Assembly: GCA_019828565.1 (NCBI GenBank) | Contig: JAHDYR010000006.1 | Coordinates: 186,001 to 250,000 of the forward strand | Direction: 5' to 3' | Source: Carpediemonas membranifera BICM | Lineage: Eukaryota > Protista > Fornicata | Length of the DNA stretch: 64,000 nucleotides | In this document: in pieces, positions 1-9,394 of the stretch | Position numbering within the stretch: position 1 is the stretch's first letter | How the letters are laid out: each line of letters opens with the position of its first letter | The notes under the pieces: generated by a model | Seen by the model: only the letters and a program-made list of their open reading frames with translations | What the model was told of the DNA's origin: nothing | Database searches by the model: none | Position numbers and translations under genes: made by a program

Positions 1-1085
1 TGGTCCACTCCGCCGAGGAAGGCGAAGTTCATGTCCGGCTTGGCTGGTGCAGCCTGTCGTGGCTTTGGCCTGCTCTTTGGCCGTGGCCCGAGTCTGGTCT
101 TCGATACAGCTCCGCCAGTCGTCATTGTACCCGGTTGACCCGAGACACGCGACCGACCCCGGCTTATTGGGCGGATTGCCGGAGTAACAGATGCCGGCAA
201 CGGCTTTTCACTCCCTCCGCTGCTTTGACTGAGGCCTTGATCTCTGACCTGCTCGAGACGCCGCTTCATGTGCGCTAGCTTGTCCCTCGCCTCCTCAGCA
301 GCCGACTCGGCCTCAGCCTGGCGTGACGCAGCCTTCTCAGCGGCAGCATAGGCGTCATCCCGTTCACTTTCAGCCTCCTCGGTGCGTCTAGCATACTCAG
401 CGGCTGTCTCGAGGTTGGATTGGGCCTTCGCCTCTACCTCAGCAAGGTCGGCCTGAAGTCTGGCAATCTCCGCCTTGTCTGCGGCAGTCTCCTCCATCCC
501 AGCCTTAACGTGCGCGTAAATCTGGTTCAACACTCTAGGGTCGACCTCCACGGTCTTGCCAGTGGCAATGGCGAGGTGCATCTCGCTGGCCCAGTCACCG
601 CTCATGTCCCCAACAGGCAGGGAGACGGCTAACTGCCTCCCTGCATTGTCATGGACCTCCTCCGTCTGCGTGTGGGATGTACAGGAGACGTGCTTAAGCT
701 CCTGCAGCTCGGCCTCGAGGGCTTCGAGTTTAGATGTCAGCCGGGCATTCTCTGCACTCTGTACCTGAAGGCGTGTGGCTAGCTGATCCTTGTCCCGCTT
801 CGATCGGGCTTCGGCGCCTCTGAGAGAAAGGACTAATGTCTGGAGGTCTCGGATCTGCTCTTGGTAGCTCACAAGCTCCTCACTATGCTTGCATAGTACG
901 CTCTTGAGCTCATTTTGACTATCCTCGTTGTGTTTTGCGACTTTTGCCCTGAGATTTTCGATCTCGGCGTCTTTGCTGACGAGTGCCTCATCCATTTCCT
1001 CGATTTCCTTGTCTTTGTGCCTTAATTCAACCAATAGTCTCTTGGCAAACGCATCTAAGCGCTTCACCTTCTCTCGTTCATCCAT
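1..1085 (-). CDS. Coiled-coil hypothetical protein, 3'-partial (runs off window start)
   Basis: Manual translation from ATG at 1085 (MDEREKVKRLDAFAKRLLVELRHKDKEIEEMDEAL...) stays open to position 1. It is E/K/A-rich with heptad character. It is missing from the ORF track because there is no stop in the window. Confidence 0.75.
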   Translation of the reverse strand, partial: MDEREKVKRLDAFAKRLLVELRHKDKEIEEMDEALVSKDAEIENLRAKVAKHNEDSQNELKSVLCKHSEELVSYQEQIRDLQTLVLSLRGAEARSKRDKDQLATRLQVQSAENARLTSKLEALEAELQELKHVSCTSHTQTEEVHDNAGRQLAVSLPVGDMSGDWASEMHLAIATGKTVEVDPRVLNQIYAHVKAGMEETAADKAEIARLQADLAEVEAKAQSNLETAAEYARRTEEAESERDDAYAAAEKAASRQAEAESAAEEARDKLAHMKRRLEQVRDQGLSQSSGGSEKPLPASVTPAIRPISRGRSRVSGQPGTMTTGGAVSKTRLGPRPKSRPKPRQAAPAKPDMNFAFLGGVD

Positions 1086-1224
1086 ACCGTGATCAGGAGG
1101 ACGTCGGCAAAACTGCGCCGTCGTTGACACCACTACCGCCCACATCGGCATGGAGGCGCGCTACCAGCCGCCCCAACACCACACTATCAGACGCTAAACC
1201 TGTAATAATCTGTTTATCCGATTC

Positions 1225-2361
1225 TTAGACACTGACCTTCCAGAGCAAGGCACTGCCCTTCGCCATGCCGGCCGCCAGGAATACAGACTCCGGGCTATGC
1301 TGGCTCCAGCGCATGACCGCGCACGGGTTAGTATTGCCCCCAGCAGGCCAGTTGGGGACGACGGAGTTCCGCTTGACGTCGAACACTCGCATCCCGCCCC
1401 TCGTCTTGGAGTGGAGCGCGAGGAGATTCTTACCGGCCACCAGACCCCAGGCTAGGCCTGTGATCTCGTCCACCAGTGACCGTGAGATCGACCGGGTGGG
1501 TTTGACTGAGTCGCTCGGCCGGGACTTCGCCTTGAGTTTGTCCAGAACATCAGCGGCACGATATATGTTCACCACGCCGTCCTGGGCACCCACAGCAAGC
1601 CATCCGCCGTCGATCGACCACTTGACAATGGCTCTTCCGATGTTTCCCGAGTCACTGAACTGCACCCGACTCCTTCCAGACATGATGTCGACCAGGGCAA
1701 CCTTGCCGCCCTCCCCCGCAAGGGTAATGATGCCTGGGTAGTTTGGTACTGTTTCCATGTCTGAAACGGGGAAGGAGACGCGCAGGCTCTTCACCACGGC
1801 GTTGGACTTGTAGTTGACGATGTGGACCTGACTGTCGCCACCGTGGAAGGCCACACGGACCTCCCTCTCGCTGCCGTTGCCGTTGAGGATGATGAAGTGA
1901 CCGTGGTCAGCCAGGGCGCGGGTATCTCGACCTGTTCCCGTCTTGATCCCGGCGCGGCGGGTGACCTTGTTCGTCTCGAGGGAGTACTCGTAGTAATAGG
2001 GCTTGGGGCCGCCAATGAGGAGACGCCTGCCCTTCTGGAAGAACTTGATGCACCGTATCGGGTAGTCTTCGATGAATATGGGAGGCTGGAAGAGTTTGTT
2101 GTCCTCGCCGTCAACGTGGAACAGCCTAATCGTCTGATCGTTCCCAGAAACTGCTGCTATCGGTAAATGTGGGTGGAATTCAATGATCCTGCACGTCACA
2201 TCAACCAGATCCTCGGCATTGAGGTCCTTCACGCGTTTGAGCTGTACACCAACGCGTTTCATGGGTTTCGTAGCCGCTGTGCTTGATACAGGCTCATTGG
2301 CAGTCTCTTGCCGCTGCAAAGCCCATGCGGGAACAGCAGGAGTTTCAATCGTCTCGGACAT
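1225..2361 (-). CDS. UTP18: WD40 protein, U3 snoRNP-associated UTP18-like
   Basis: Motifs 'LKRVKDLN...IEFHPHLPIAAVSGNDQTIRLFHVDGEDN', 'LAVGAQDGVVNIY' and 'VVPNWP' match the UTP18 pattern. The start is taken at MSETIE (the ORF track extends to 2376). Confidence 0.8.
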   Translation of the reverse strand: MSETIETPAVPAWALQRQETANEPVSSTAATKPMKRVGVQLKRVKDLNAEDLVDVTCRIIEFHPHLPIAAVSGNDQTIRLFHVDGEDNKLFQPPIFIEDYPIRCIKFFQKGRRLLIGGPKPYYYEYSLETNKVTRRAGIKTGTGRDTRALADHGHFIILNGNGSEREVRVAFHGGDSQVHIVNYKSNAVVKSLRVSFPVSDMETVPNYPGIITLAGEGGKVALVDIMSGRSRVQFSDSGNIGRAIVKWSIDGGWLAVGAQDGVVNIYRAADVLDKLKAKSRPSDSVKPTRSISRSLVDEITGLAWGLVAGKNLLALHSKTRGGMRVFDVKRNSVVPNWPAGGNTNPCAVMRWSQHSPESVFLAAGMAKGSALLWKVSV

Positions 2362-2558
2362 CGCCGTTCTCATCACCCGTATACATGTTACATATCAACA
2401 AGTATCACACGGCATACACGACGGCATTGCCACATTTAACGATATACACACTTATCCCATGGAGGGTGGACCCAACATCCATCGCTCGTCCGATCAAGCG
2501 AGTCTCCTCAGCCTCACAATCCACCGCTACTGCTGCGCTAATAATATGCACACCAAGC

Positions 2559-3008
2559 TCAGTGGCGACCGGGCTTGGGCATGGACAAGTGGGTCATGCG
2601 GACGGGACCCGAGGCACCGGCGACGACGGGGGAGGCGATGAACGGGTTCGGAGGGTTCGCAGGGATGGGGCGCGCCTGCTTTGGCACGATGCGGGCCACT
2701 GCTTTGCGTTGGATGGACCGTTTTTGGGGTGCAGCTGGCGGAGCTTTCCGTTTAGTGGCCTTGTTTGAAGAGCCGGTCCATTCTGCAATCATGGTGTCCC
2801 AGTGGGAGATGGTGGGAAGTATCTTAGTTGAGCCATTCGCATGTTCAGCGTCTGAAGGCGGTTCTTCCACCGTAATCATGACGTGTGAATCGTAACATGC
2901 TGAGGGCACCGCATTGGGAGTTGCTACGCCAGAAAACGAACGGTATGACTGTTCGCTACAGCCAGCAGGCCTATTGAATGATTTTGTGGGGAGAGCCTCC
3001 AAAACCAT
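2559..3008 (-). CDS. Hypothetical low-complexity protein
   Basis: Open frame of about 150 aa that fills the gap between two minus-strand genes. No recognisable domain. Confidence 0.35.
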   Translation of the reverse strand: MVLEALPTKSFNRPAGCSEQSYRSFSGVATPNAVPSACYDSHVMITVEEPPSDAEHANGSTKILPTISHWDTMIAEWTGSSNKATKRKAPPAAPQKRSIQRKAVARIVPKQARPIPANPPNPFIASPVVAGASGPVRMTHLSMPKPGRH

Positions 3009-3142
3009 TCGCGCGGTGATGTTGTTTCCAAAACTGCACACCGAGTTGCTTGTGCCACAACTCGAGGCATGATCTCAACTTCTTAACTTTGTTCCTTTAC
3101 TGAGATACCATACTTCTTCTCGTGCCGGACTCTTCTCGTTAC

Positions 3143-3556
3143 CTACTCGAGGGCCTCAAGGTTCTCGGGGCCGAAGGAGTGGGGGAGGAGCTCTTCAAGA
3201 GTGAAGACGCGGTTCACACGGCCGTCGATATAGCCGCAGATGACAATCATTTCCTTGTTGAACTCGCGCATCACCTGACGGCAAGCGGCACATGGGAGGC
3301 CGCCGTCACGCGTGACGATGGCAATAATTGAGTGGTCGCGGTGGCCCTCGCTCACAGCCTTGAACATTGTGGTGCGCTCAGCGCAATTGGAGAGGCCATA
3401 AGAAGCGTTCTCAACATTGCAACCGGTAAAGATTGTCCCATCAGCGCATTGAAGGCAAGCGCCAACCGAGTAGTTGCTATAAGGAACATAGGCATTCTTG
3501 GAAGCCTCAATTGCCTTGTCGAGGAGTTCTCTCTGAAGCTGCTGGCTCACCGACAT
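3143..3556 (-). CDS. CDA: Cytidine deaminase (homotetrameric type)
   Basis: AYVPYSNYSVGA, GCNVENASYGLSNCAERT and PCAACRQ zinc-binding motifs. Confidence 0.95.
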   Translation of the reverse strand: MSVSQQLQRELLDKAIEASKNAYVPYSNYSVGACLQCADGTIFTGCNVENASYGLSNCAERTTMFKAVSEGHRDHSIIAIVTRDGGLPCAACRQVMREFNKEMIVICGYIDGRVNRVFTLEELLPHSFGPENLEALE

Positions 3557-3783
3557 AGTAGGTCAACGATCGTCAACGTCGAACGAGATCGGAGTAAGAT
3601 TCATGATCAAATCAGCAGTTTTGATTGTTCTAAATGTGTACTGCAATGTCAAGTGACGAGGAGTGCTATGAGTCAGCACAGCTGCTTCCTCACTCCCTTT
3701 CTCACTCTGCCCCGTGTGATCCGGCCAGTGCCCTGACACAACCACTAATAGCTCGCTTTACTGGATATCCGGCCCGACTCCCG

Positions 3784-5778
3784 TCATGACACAGCCACCC
3801 ACTCGCCCGCACGGTAGAAGTCGACGGCGGCGGGTGTCTCAGACAATAGCAGCGCAACCTTCTGCAGCAATCCACTGATAAACCCACAGGCCTTGAGCAC
3901 GGGCAGCACGTGTTCATGGGCTGCCCCAATCGCCACAAGCTCGGCGCACTCCCGACGACGCTCAGGTACAAGTCCGGCGACATGAGCAAGCATGTCACAT
4001 GCCGCGGTAAACGCGGCAACCTGTGCCCTGTGGACGCTGTCGGCCCGGGCTTGCCGAGATGTGGGACCGCCCTCAGCTGCGATCACGGCCTCAGCGACGG
4101 TAGGGTCGAGGTTCTCGAGTCGGTCGATGAGCCAGGGATCAGAGTCGGATAGCACCATATCAAACCCAGATATGATTGACTCAAGCCTCTGAGCCTGGAT
4201 CTGTTGGCCCTGAGCAGATTCGCTATCGAGATCAGAAAGGAAATTCGAGAAGCAGTGGTAAGTCTCGACGAACAGGTCGATAGCGTTCAATGAGCGCACA
4301 AGGACGACTTCGACGGCAGAGTCGGAGGTGATCTTGGAGTAGCCGGCCGGGATGACGTTGAGGAGCATCTCACGAGCGAGGTGTGCCCCGCCAATGGCTA
4401 CCAGACGGCGGCAGTACCGCACCGCCCGCCCTATGGCCTGCACGCGGAGGGCGGGGTCAAAGCAGAGCCACTGGACGGCGTTCACAGCAACCCCGAGCTC
4501 ATCATCGTCGTTTGACCGGTGGTACCTGTCGAAGAGACCGTCGGCCGTAACCAGTGCCACTGCTGCGGTGTCTATGCCGTGTTCAGCCATGGCCTGGAGC
4601 GCTGTGAGTCGCCCCTCGGTGTCGGTAATCGGGCCGACCAGCTCTGCCATCAGGCGGGGGTGGGTTGTCGCGTCCAGCTTAGAGGTGAACCGGGCGTACT
4701 CGTTGAGCACATCACGGGGTCGGCCCGACCGGAGGAGGTTGTCCAGGTGGCGGATTACCACCTGATGCACTGCGTCGGCGTTCAGATCAAGACCAAAGTC
4801 GTCGCGGAGAGTGAGAACAGCCATAGCGAAGGCAGCGTCAAGGTCAGAAGGGCTGGCAGACTCGAGAACTGACAAAGCCGCGTCGTAGTCGCCCGTGATG
4901 ACGTGGGCCTCGGCGATCAGGGCCGGCGAGTGGCCCCACCCAGTTGTCGTGTGAGTAAATACGTCGCCAATGGTCAGCCCGCGGAGGGCGGGGGCCTGGG
5001 ATGGACTAGGGAGCGGTTTGATCGACTCAGAGTCCACCTTCTCCAGCAATCCGTTGAGTGTGTCGACCAGTCTCGTGTGGAGCATGCAAGTGAGGAGGGC
5101 CCAGGCCCTGTCCTCCGCAGTCTCGGCCACGGTCATCAGAGGCTCCACCTCGCCGCTGAAAACGCCGTAAACTGCGGCTTCGTAGGGGTCGGGGCAGGTT
5201 TTGGCGTGACCCGCGGCGGCCGTGAGCCACAAGTCAATGGTGTCACTGCCGGCTGCTGTGAGCTCGCGGCGGTGGTCACTCATAAACCCAGGCGCCCCGC
5301 GGAGAGTGGCTGAGACGTCAAATCGGGCGCACTGTTCTGCGAGGAGTATGGCCTCATCGTAGTGGCCGACCCGAATGTGCGTGAACATCGCATTGAACAT
5401 CTCCGAGCGGGTTGCATGGTCGCAGTCTATGCTGATGGTGATGCCCTCCTCGCTGCGGATTGACTCGTAGATAACGAGGAGGATCGAAAGCTGGCGAGTG
5501 GTGAAGTCGTGGGCTTTGATGCGCTTGCTGAGACGCTTGAGGTCAGGAAATGGCGATTCCCATCCTGAATATGTGCCCAGGAGCATCTGCCGTGTGATTG
5601 CACCGGTATCAGCCATAGGCTCCTGGCAATTGATGGAATGGCAGTTGCTTTTGACGCGGTCGGCAAGCAACCCTCCCAAAAGCATATGAAAACGAGGGTT
5701 TTCCGCCTCTAGGTCATCTAGCATCGCTTCAGGTTGCTGCATCGTCATTTGACGGCGACTAGACGAAGTCTTTAGCAT
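3784..5778 (-). CDS. NUP107: Nucleoporin Nup107/Nup84-like alpha-solenoid
   Basis: 'MFTHIRVGHYDEAILLAEQCARFDVSATLRG' and 'DPYEAAVYGVFSGEVEPL...EDRAWA' resemble conserved Nup107 blocks. The start is uncertain (the ORF is open to 5928). Confidence 0.7.
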   Translation of the reverse strand: MLKTSSSRRQMTMQQPEAMLDDLEAENPRFHMLLGGLLADRVKSNCHSINCQEPMADTGAITRQMLLGTYSGWESPFPDLKRLSKRIKAHDFTTRQLSILLVIYESIRSEEGITISIDCDHATRSEMFNAMFTHIRVGHYDEAILLAEQCARFDVSATLRGAPGFMSDHRRELTAAGSDTIDLWLTAAAGHAKTCPDPYEAAVYGVFSGEVEPLMTVAETAEDRAWALLTCMLHTRLVDTLNGLLEKVDSESIKPLPSPSQAPALRGLTIGDVFTHTTTGWGHSPALIAEAHVITGDYDAALSVLESASPSDLDAAFAMAVLTLRDDFGLDLNADAVHQVVIRHLDNLLRSGRPRDVLNEYARFTSKLDATTHPRLMAELVGPITDTEGRLTALQAMAEHGIDTAAVALVTADGLFDRYHRSNDDDELGVAVNAVQWLCFDPALRVQAIGRAVRYCRRLVAIGGAHLAREMLLNVIPAGYSKITSDSAVEVVLVRSLNAIDLFVETYHCFSNFLSDLDSESAQGQQIQAQRLESIISGFDMVLSDSDPWLIDRLENLDPTVAEAVIAAEGGPTSRQARADSVHRAQVAAFTAACDMLAHVAGLVPERRRECAELVAIGAAHEHVLPVLKACGFISGLLQKVALLLSETPAAVDFYRAGEWVAVS

Positions 5779-5946
5779 AAACTGCGAACAACAAATACCA
5801 GTCATGTAGGCAGCTTCAAGGGCTAAAAATGAGCGAGTCACACGGTAGTCTTGCCAGCTATACGGTGCATGCTTTCGATCCCGAGCTATTTCGGCCTTGG
5901 GACAGGTTATGGCACAGATTACCGACAACCGCGAATTGGTGTCAAG

Positions 5947-6675
5947 ATGAGTGCTGTGCGCCCAGAAGACGTATCAGAGCTCGTTCTATCCACATTACAA
6001 GAAGAAATTGACGAATTACAACACCATGGAGGCCTTAGCTCCTTTATTGACATCTGCAACAAGAATGACGCCCAGCAGCGCATGAACATGCCCACAAGGT
6101 ATGACGGCCTCATTTCCTCGATCAAGGACAAGATGCGTGATGCCAGTCTCATCCGCAACACCCTCAAGGACACAGCAGGCCAAGTAGATCCGTCCTTTTC
6201 AAAGGCCTGTCATGAGCGTCTTTCGCACCTGGAGGCCGTCCTTGCAGACATGGAGAAGGATGTGAACCAGAAGTATGCCGACTACAAGGCTGTTGTCGAA
6301 AAGACACTGGCTCAGAAGAAGGATGACTTGTTTGGCGATATTGAGCGGGAGCGGAAGCGCAGAGAGATCGAGAACACGATCCAAGCCCACAGCATGGTCG
6401 AGCGCGAGCAAGACGATGAGCTCGACCGCCTCGAGCCGACCCTTCAGCGGATCAAGGCCGGCCACGAGGACATTGGTGCTTACCTCCAGAAGCAGAACGA
6501 CGATATGGATGAGTTCCACATGGAGATGGACGCCACACGGCGGAGGATGAAAGCTGTCGAGAAGACTGTTGTTTCCGTGCTGAAGCATGTGAAGAAGGGA
6601 AAGGAGGCGATCATCATCATCGTCCTCGTGCTCATCATCGTGCTGCTCGTGTTGCTCAACATCTACGGCGTTTAA
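5947..6675 (+). CDS. Qc-SNARE (syntaxin-6/8/SYP7-like), tail-anchored
   Basis: SNARE heptad 'EQDDELDRLEPTLQRIK...IGAYLQKQNDDMDEF' followed by a C-terminal hydrophobic TM segment. Confidence 0.85.
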   Translation: MSAVRPEDVSELVLSTLQEEIDELQHHGGLSSFIDICNKNDAQQRMNMPTRYDGLISSIKDKMRDASLIRNTLKDTAGQVDPSFSKACHERLSHLEAVLADMEKDVNQKYADYKAVVEKTLAQKKDDLFGDIERERKRREIENTIQAHSMVEREQDDELDRLEPTLQRIKAGHEDIGAYLQKQNDDMDEFHMEMDATRRRMKAVEKTVVSVLKHVKKGKEAIIIIVLVLIIVLLVLLNIYGV

Positions 6676-6813
6676 ATAGTTTACTTCGACAAATATAATT
6701 GGGTCCATTGTCGGCTGCAAGCAGCGGGCTCGACCCCCCTTGTCTGTGAGACAGCCATCAGCAGCTGTACAACTCATGAAATGCCCAACCAAGGCTACAA
6801 TCCCATATCGCTC

Positions 6814-7830
6814 CTAGCTGAACTGTGGGGCGTCCCCGTCGGGCACCCAGTCGATGTCCGGCAGACCCCTCAACTCCGGGCCATTCCTGACGCCGCTAGA
6901 GGTGCAGCAGATGCTACTATCGGCAGACACGCCAATGGGGACAGCAATGAAGCCTGCTGCCAGGATGTTGGCGTCATTCACTAAGTCGGGCGCCCGGAAG
7001 ATGTCGCGGACAACACCCGCGCCAAAGTATCCCCCGGTAAAGGCATACTTGAGGGCAAGCCCGGGTCTACCCAGGTACCAGTGGTGTGCACCCACAGCAC
7101 CGCCGAACAGGGCGAGGAAGTAGGTTGTTAGGAGACTATACCGCCCCGTGGCGATTGAGTTGGACCCCGTGAGGCTGTCTGCACGGTGGTAAATGAATAG
7201 GAGAGAGAGGAAGACGGCCAGAGCTAGTGCTGCAAGCGGGGCCGTGATTAGGGCAGCAACCACTGCAATGGCTGCGACGCGCTCCATGACGAGGGTGATG
7301 TGGCTCTCATGGGCGCTGATGTACGACACCGCGACAGTCACAGACACCTCTCCGCTGCAGGGATGCTCTGACTTCAGCCCGTCGTTCGCACAGACGAGCA
7401 GATACTGCAACTCATCCTGCTCCGACACGGGCGTGGGTGTGAGCGCCGTGGCCTCGTATGGGACCCAGTCAGCAATGAGGGTGCCTGTATGGGACAGCAG
7501 CTCTGGTGTCACATCGTTTGTAGAGAGGCTCTCGAAGGCTTCTCGGTTGAACTTGTAGAAGAGAAACTCGGGGCTGAAGTGAAGCTGGTGAATATGGGAC
7601 GTGGCGTGAATTGCGGCCTCATTATCAACGGGAATCTGCCAGAAGTACACGTTTGTGCAGTTGAATGAATCGATCTTGCCCTCTTTGACGTAGGAGAGTG
7701 TTTTGCATTGAATGCAGGCTGTGAGTGAAAGTATGAGCAAAATGAACAGTTTTGTATGATATCTGTGGCAATGTATCAGTGGAATACAGTGACAGCTCGG
7801 TTCTAGAGCTGTTTTAGAAAAGATACGCAT
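6814..7830 (-). CDS. TM2-domain membrane protein
   Basis: 'LALFGGAVGAHHWYLGR...FTGGYFGAGVVRDIF' is the TM2 signature. There is an N-terminal hydrophobic segment and an additional TM. Confidence 0.75.
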   Translation of the reverse strand: MRIFSKTALEPSCHCIPLIHCHRYHTKLFILLILSLTACIQCKTLSYVKEGKIDSFNCTNVYFWQIPVDNEAAIHATSHIHQLHFSPEFLFYKFNREAFESLSTNDVTPELLSHTGTLIADWVPYEATALTPTPVSEQDELQYLLVCANDGLKSEHPCSGEVSVTVAVSYISAHESHITLVMERVAAIAVVAALITAPLAALALAVFLSLLFIYHRADSLTGSNSIATGRYSLLTTYFLALFGGAVGAHHWYLGRPGLALKYAFTGGYFGAGVVRDIFRAPDLVNDANILAAGFIAVPIGVSADSSICCTSSGVRNGPELRGLPDIDWVPDGDAPQFS

Positions 7831-8209
7831 CCTCCTTCATTGCCGTTGGTCGATTTACGAAATGTATACCATAAACAACATTCTTTAGCAGCCGCCCGCT
7901 GTTTTCGCTATCCGTGTTCCCGATCATATCGCCTAGTCGGGCCTGCTTCATGGATTACCCGCTCAAGTGATTCTCCAGAGCCACCCCGCTCCGGTTCCCA
8001 GAGAGGGTGTAGGGAGTCTCCGCATCCAATAACTATATGATCTGGGTCACTGAGGGCAAGACCCATCTGTGATAATCAAACCCAGGGCCGCCCAGTTGGT
8101 CGGGCCCAAATTCTGGGATGGTGAGGTCTCATCCAGCGCCATCGACCAGACCCACTCTGCGTCAGTCCCGTTGCACATAGACTATGTTTAGCTGGAAAAT
8201 GGGAAACAT

Positions 8210-9208
8210 TTATATTTCCTTCTCGAAATCTCCGAGGAACTTGCCGCACCATGTCACGATCTCAGAAGGGAACTTCCCGAAAGCAGTCTCGTCGCTGAGC
8301 ACCATGCCCGCATATCCTGCTGCCATGCACTCGTACAGATGGCACATTTCACCTCTGCTCGGGAACTTTTGCCCGACCGCCGTTTGCACGACCTCACCCG
8401 CGATAATAGTCCTCTTCCGCCGGGGGACGGTCGCGGTGAAATCATGTACGAACTTCGCCATACCCAAATGCCCGAGTTGGACGCCGAGGTCGCCCCTGCA
8501 AACCCACCATTCATCGACGACAGACTCGAGGGCAGTTAGGTCCGCGGGGGTCATGGCATGCTCGACCTTGCCCGCCACGAACACTGTGTCCTGGAGCGAG
8601 TGGGCACGAAGGGAGGCGACCTCCTCAACGGTGGAGACGAAAGAAAGGGCGAAACGGACATAGGGTTTGGCCGAAGCACGCTGGACGATGGTAGCGTCCT
8701 TGGAGGACAGCTCGGTCAGCTTGATGTTGCGGCCAGGCACGTTAATACCCTTGCGAGGCATGAGCTTGCCCGTGGCTGCCCGAACCGTACCGAGGAAACC
8801 CGTGTCCGTCGTCTCGAGCACATCGACGATGACCTTGCCGTCGTGGATCCCAATTTGCTCAGGCTGCATGCTCTGGAGTGCTCTGAGTGTGAATCCGTCG
8901 ATGAGGGCGGTCGGCGTGCCTTGTTTCGGGGCCAGGCCGATGAAGAGCTGCGTGCCCTCTTGCACAGACATGACGGGCTGCTCGCTCGTCAGACGGAACT
9001 TTCCGCCTTGGAGGTCGATATAAAGCGGTGGATGGGCACCGGCGGAGAATAGATCGTCGTAGCCGGCGACAAACTGGATAACGCTTTCAACGTCCATGTG
9101 GGAGGAGTTGATTCTGATGCAGAGTCTCGGGGACACCACTCCTTGCTCAATGAAGGTCTTTACTTGGTCCAGAGCACGGCAGGTCGCTATAATCGAGGCT
9201 TCTCCCAT
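8210..9208 (-). CDS. Pyruvate kinase, short form lacking the C-terminal domain
   Basis: RINSSH, IDLQGGKFR, KGINVPG, ALSFV, GKVE, CRGDLG, PSRGE and LSDETAFGKFP map in order onto the PK barrel/B-domain motifs. The ORF ends right after the barrel. Confidence 0.85.
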   Translation of the reverse strand: MGEASIIATCRALDQVKTFIEQGVVSPRLCIRINSSHMDVESVIQFVAGYDDLFSAGAHPPLYIDLQGGKFRLTSEQPVMSVQEGTQLFIGLAPKQGTPTALIDGFTLRALQSMQPEQIGIHDGKVIVDVLETTDTGFLGTVRAATGKLMPRKGINVPGRNIKLTELSSKDATIVQRASAKPYVRFALSFVSTVEEVASLRAHSLQDTVFVAGKVEHAMTPADLTALESVVDEWWVCRGDLGVQLGHLGMAKFVHDFTATVPRRKRTIIAGEVVQTAVGQKFPSRGEMCHLYECMAAGYAGMVLSDETAFGKFPSEIVTWCGKFLGDFEKEI

Positions 9209-9394
9209 TTCGCTTGACGAAATCGTAAAGATCTTGCGACTCCATCAGACAAAATCGGACGGGCCTGGACCATCATAGCCGTCAGCAATGCCCCGGCCGC
9301 ATCCCTCAAACCCATCTCCATCACCTTCACCTTTAGTAGTACTGATGCCAACAAGGCAAGCAAGGGAATAATACAGCTCAGCTACCGCACGTCT

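Noticed and set aside
7900-8190. Intergenic stretch with small hairpins, an Sm-like AATTTGG (minus strand) and GTTGCAC; considered as an snRNA, SRP RNA or snoRNA
   Set aside because: No diagnostic U1 5' end, U2 branch-pairing sequence, U5 loop, SRP helix-8 or paired C/D boxes could be matched.
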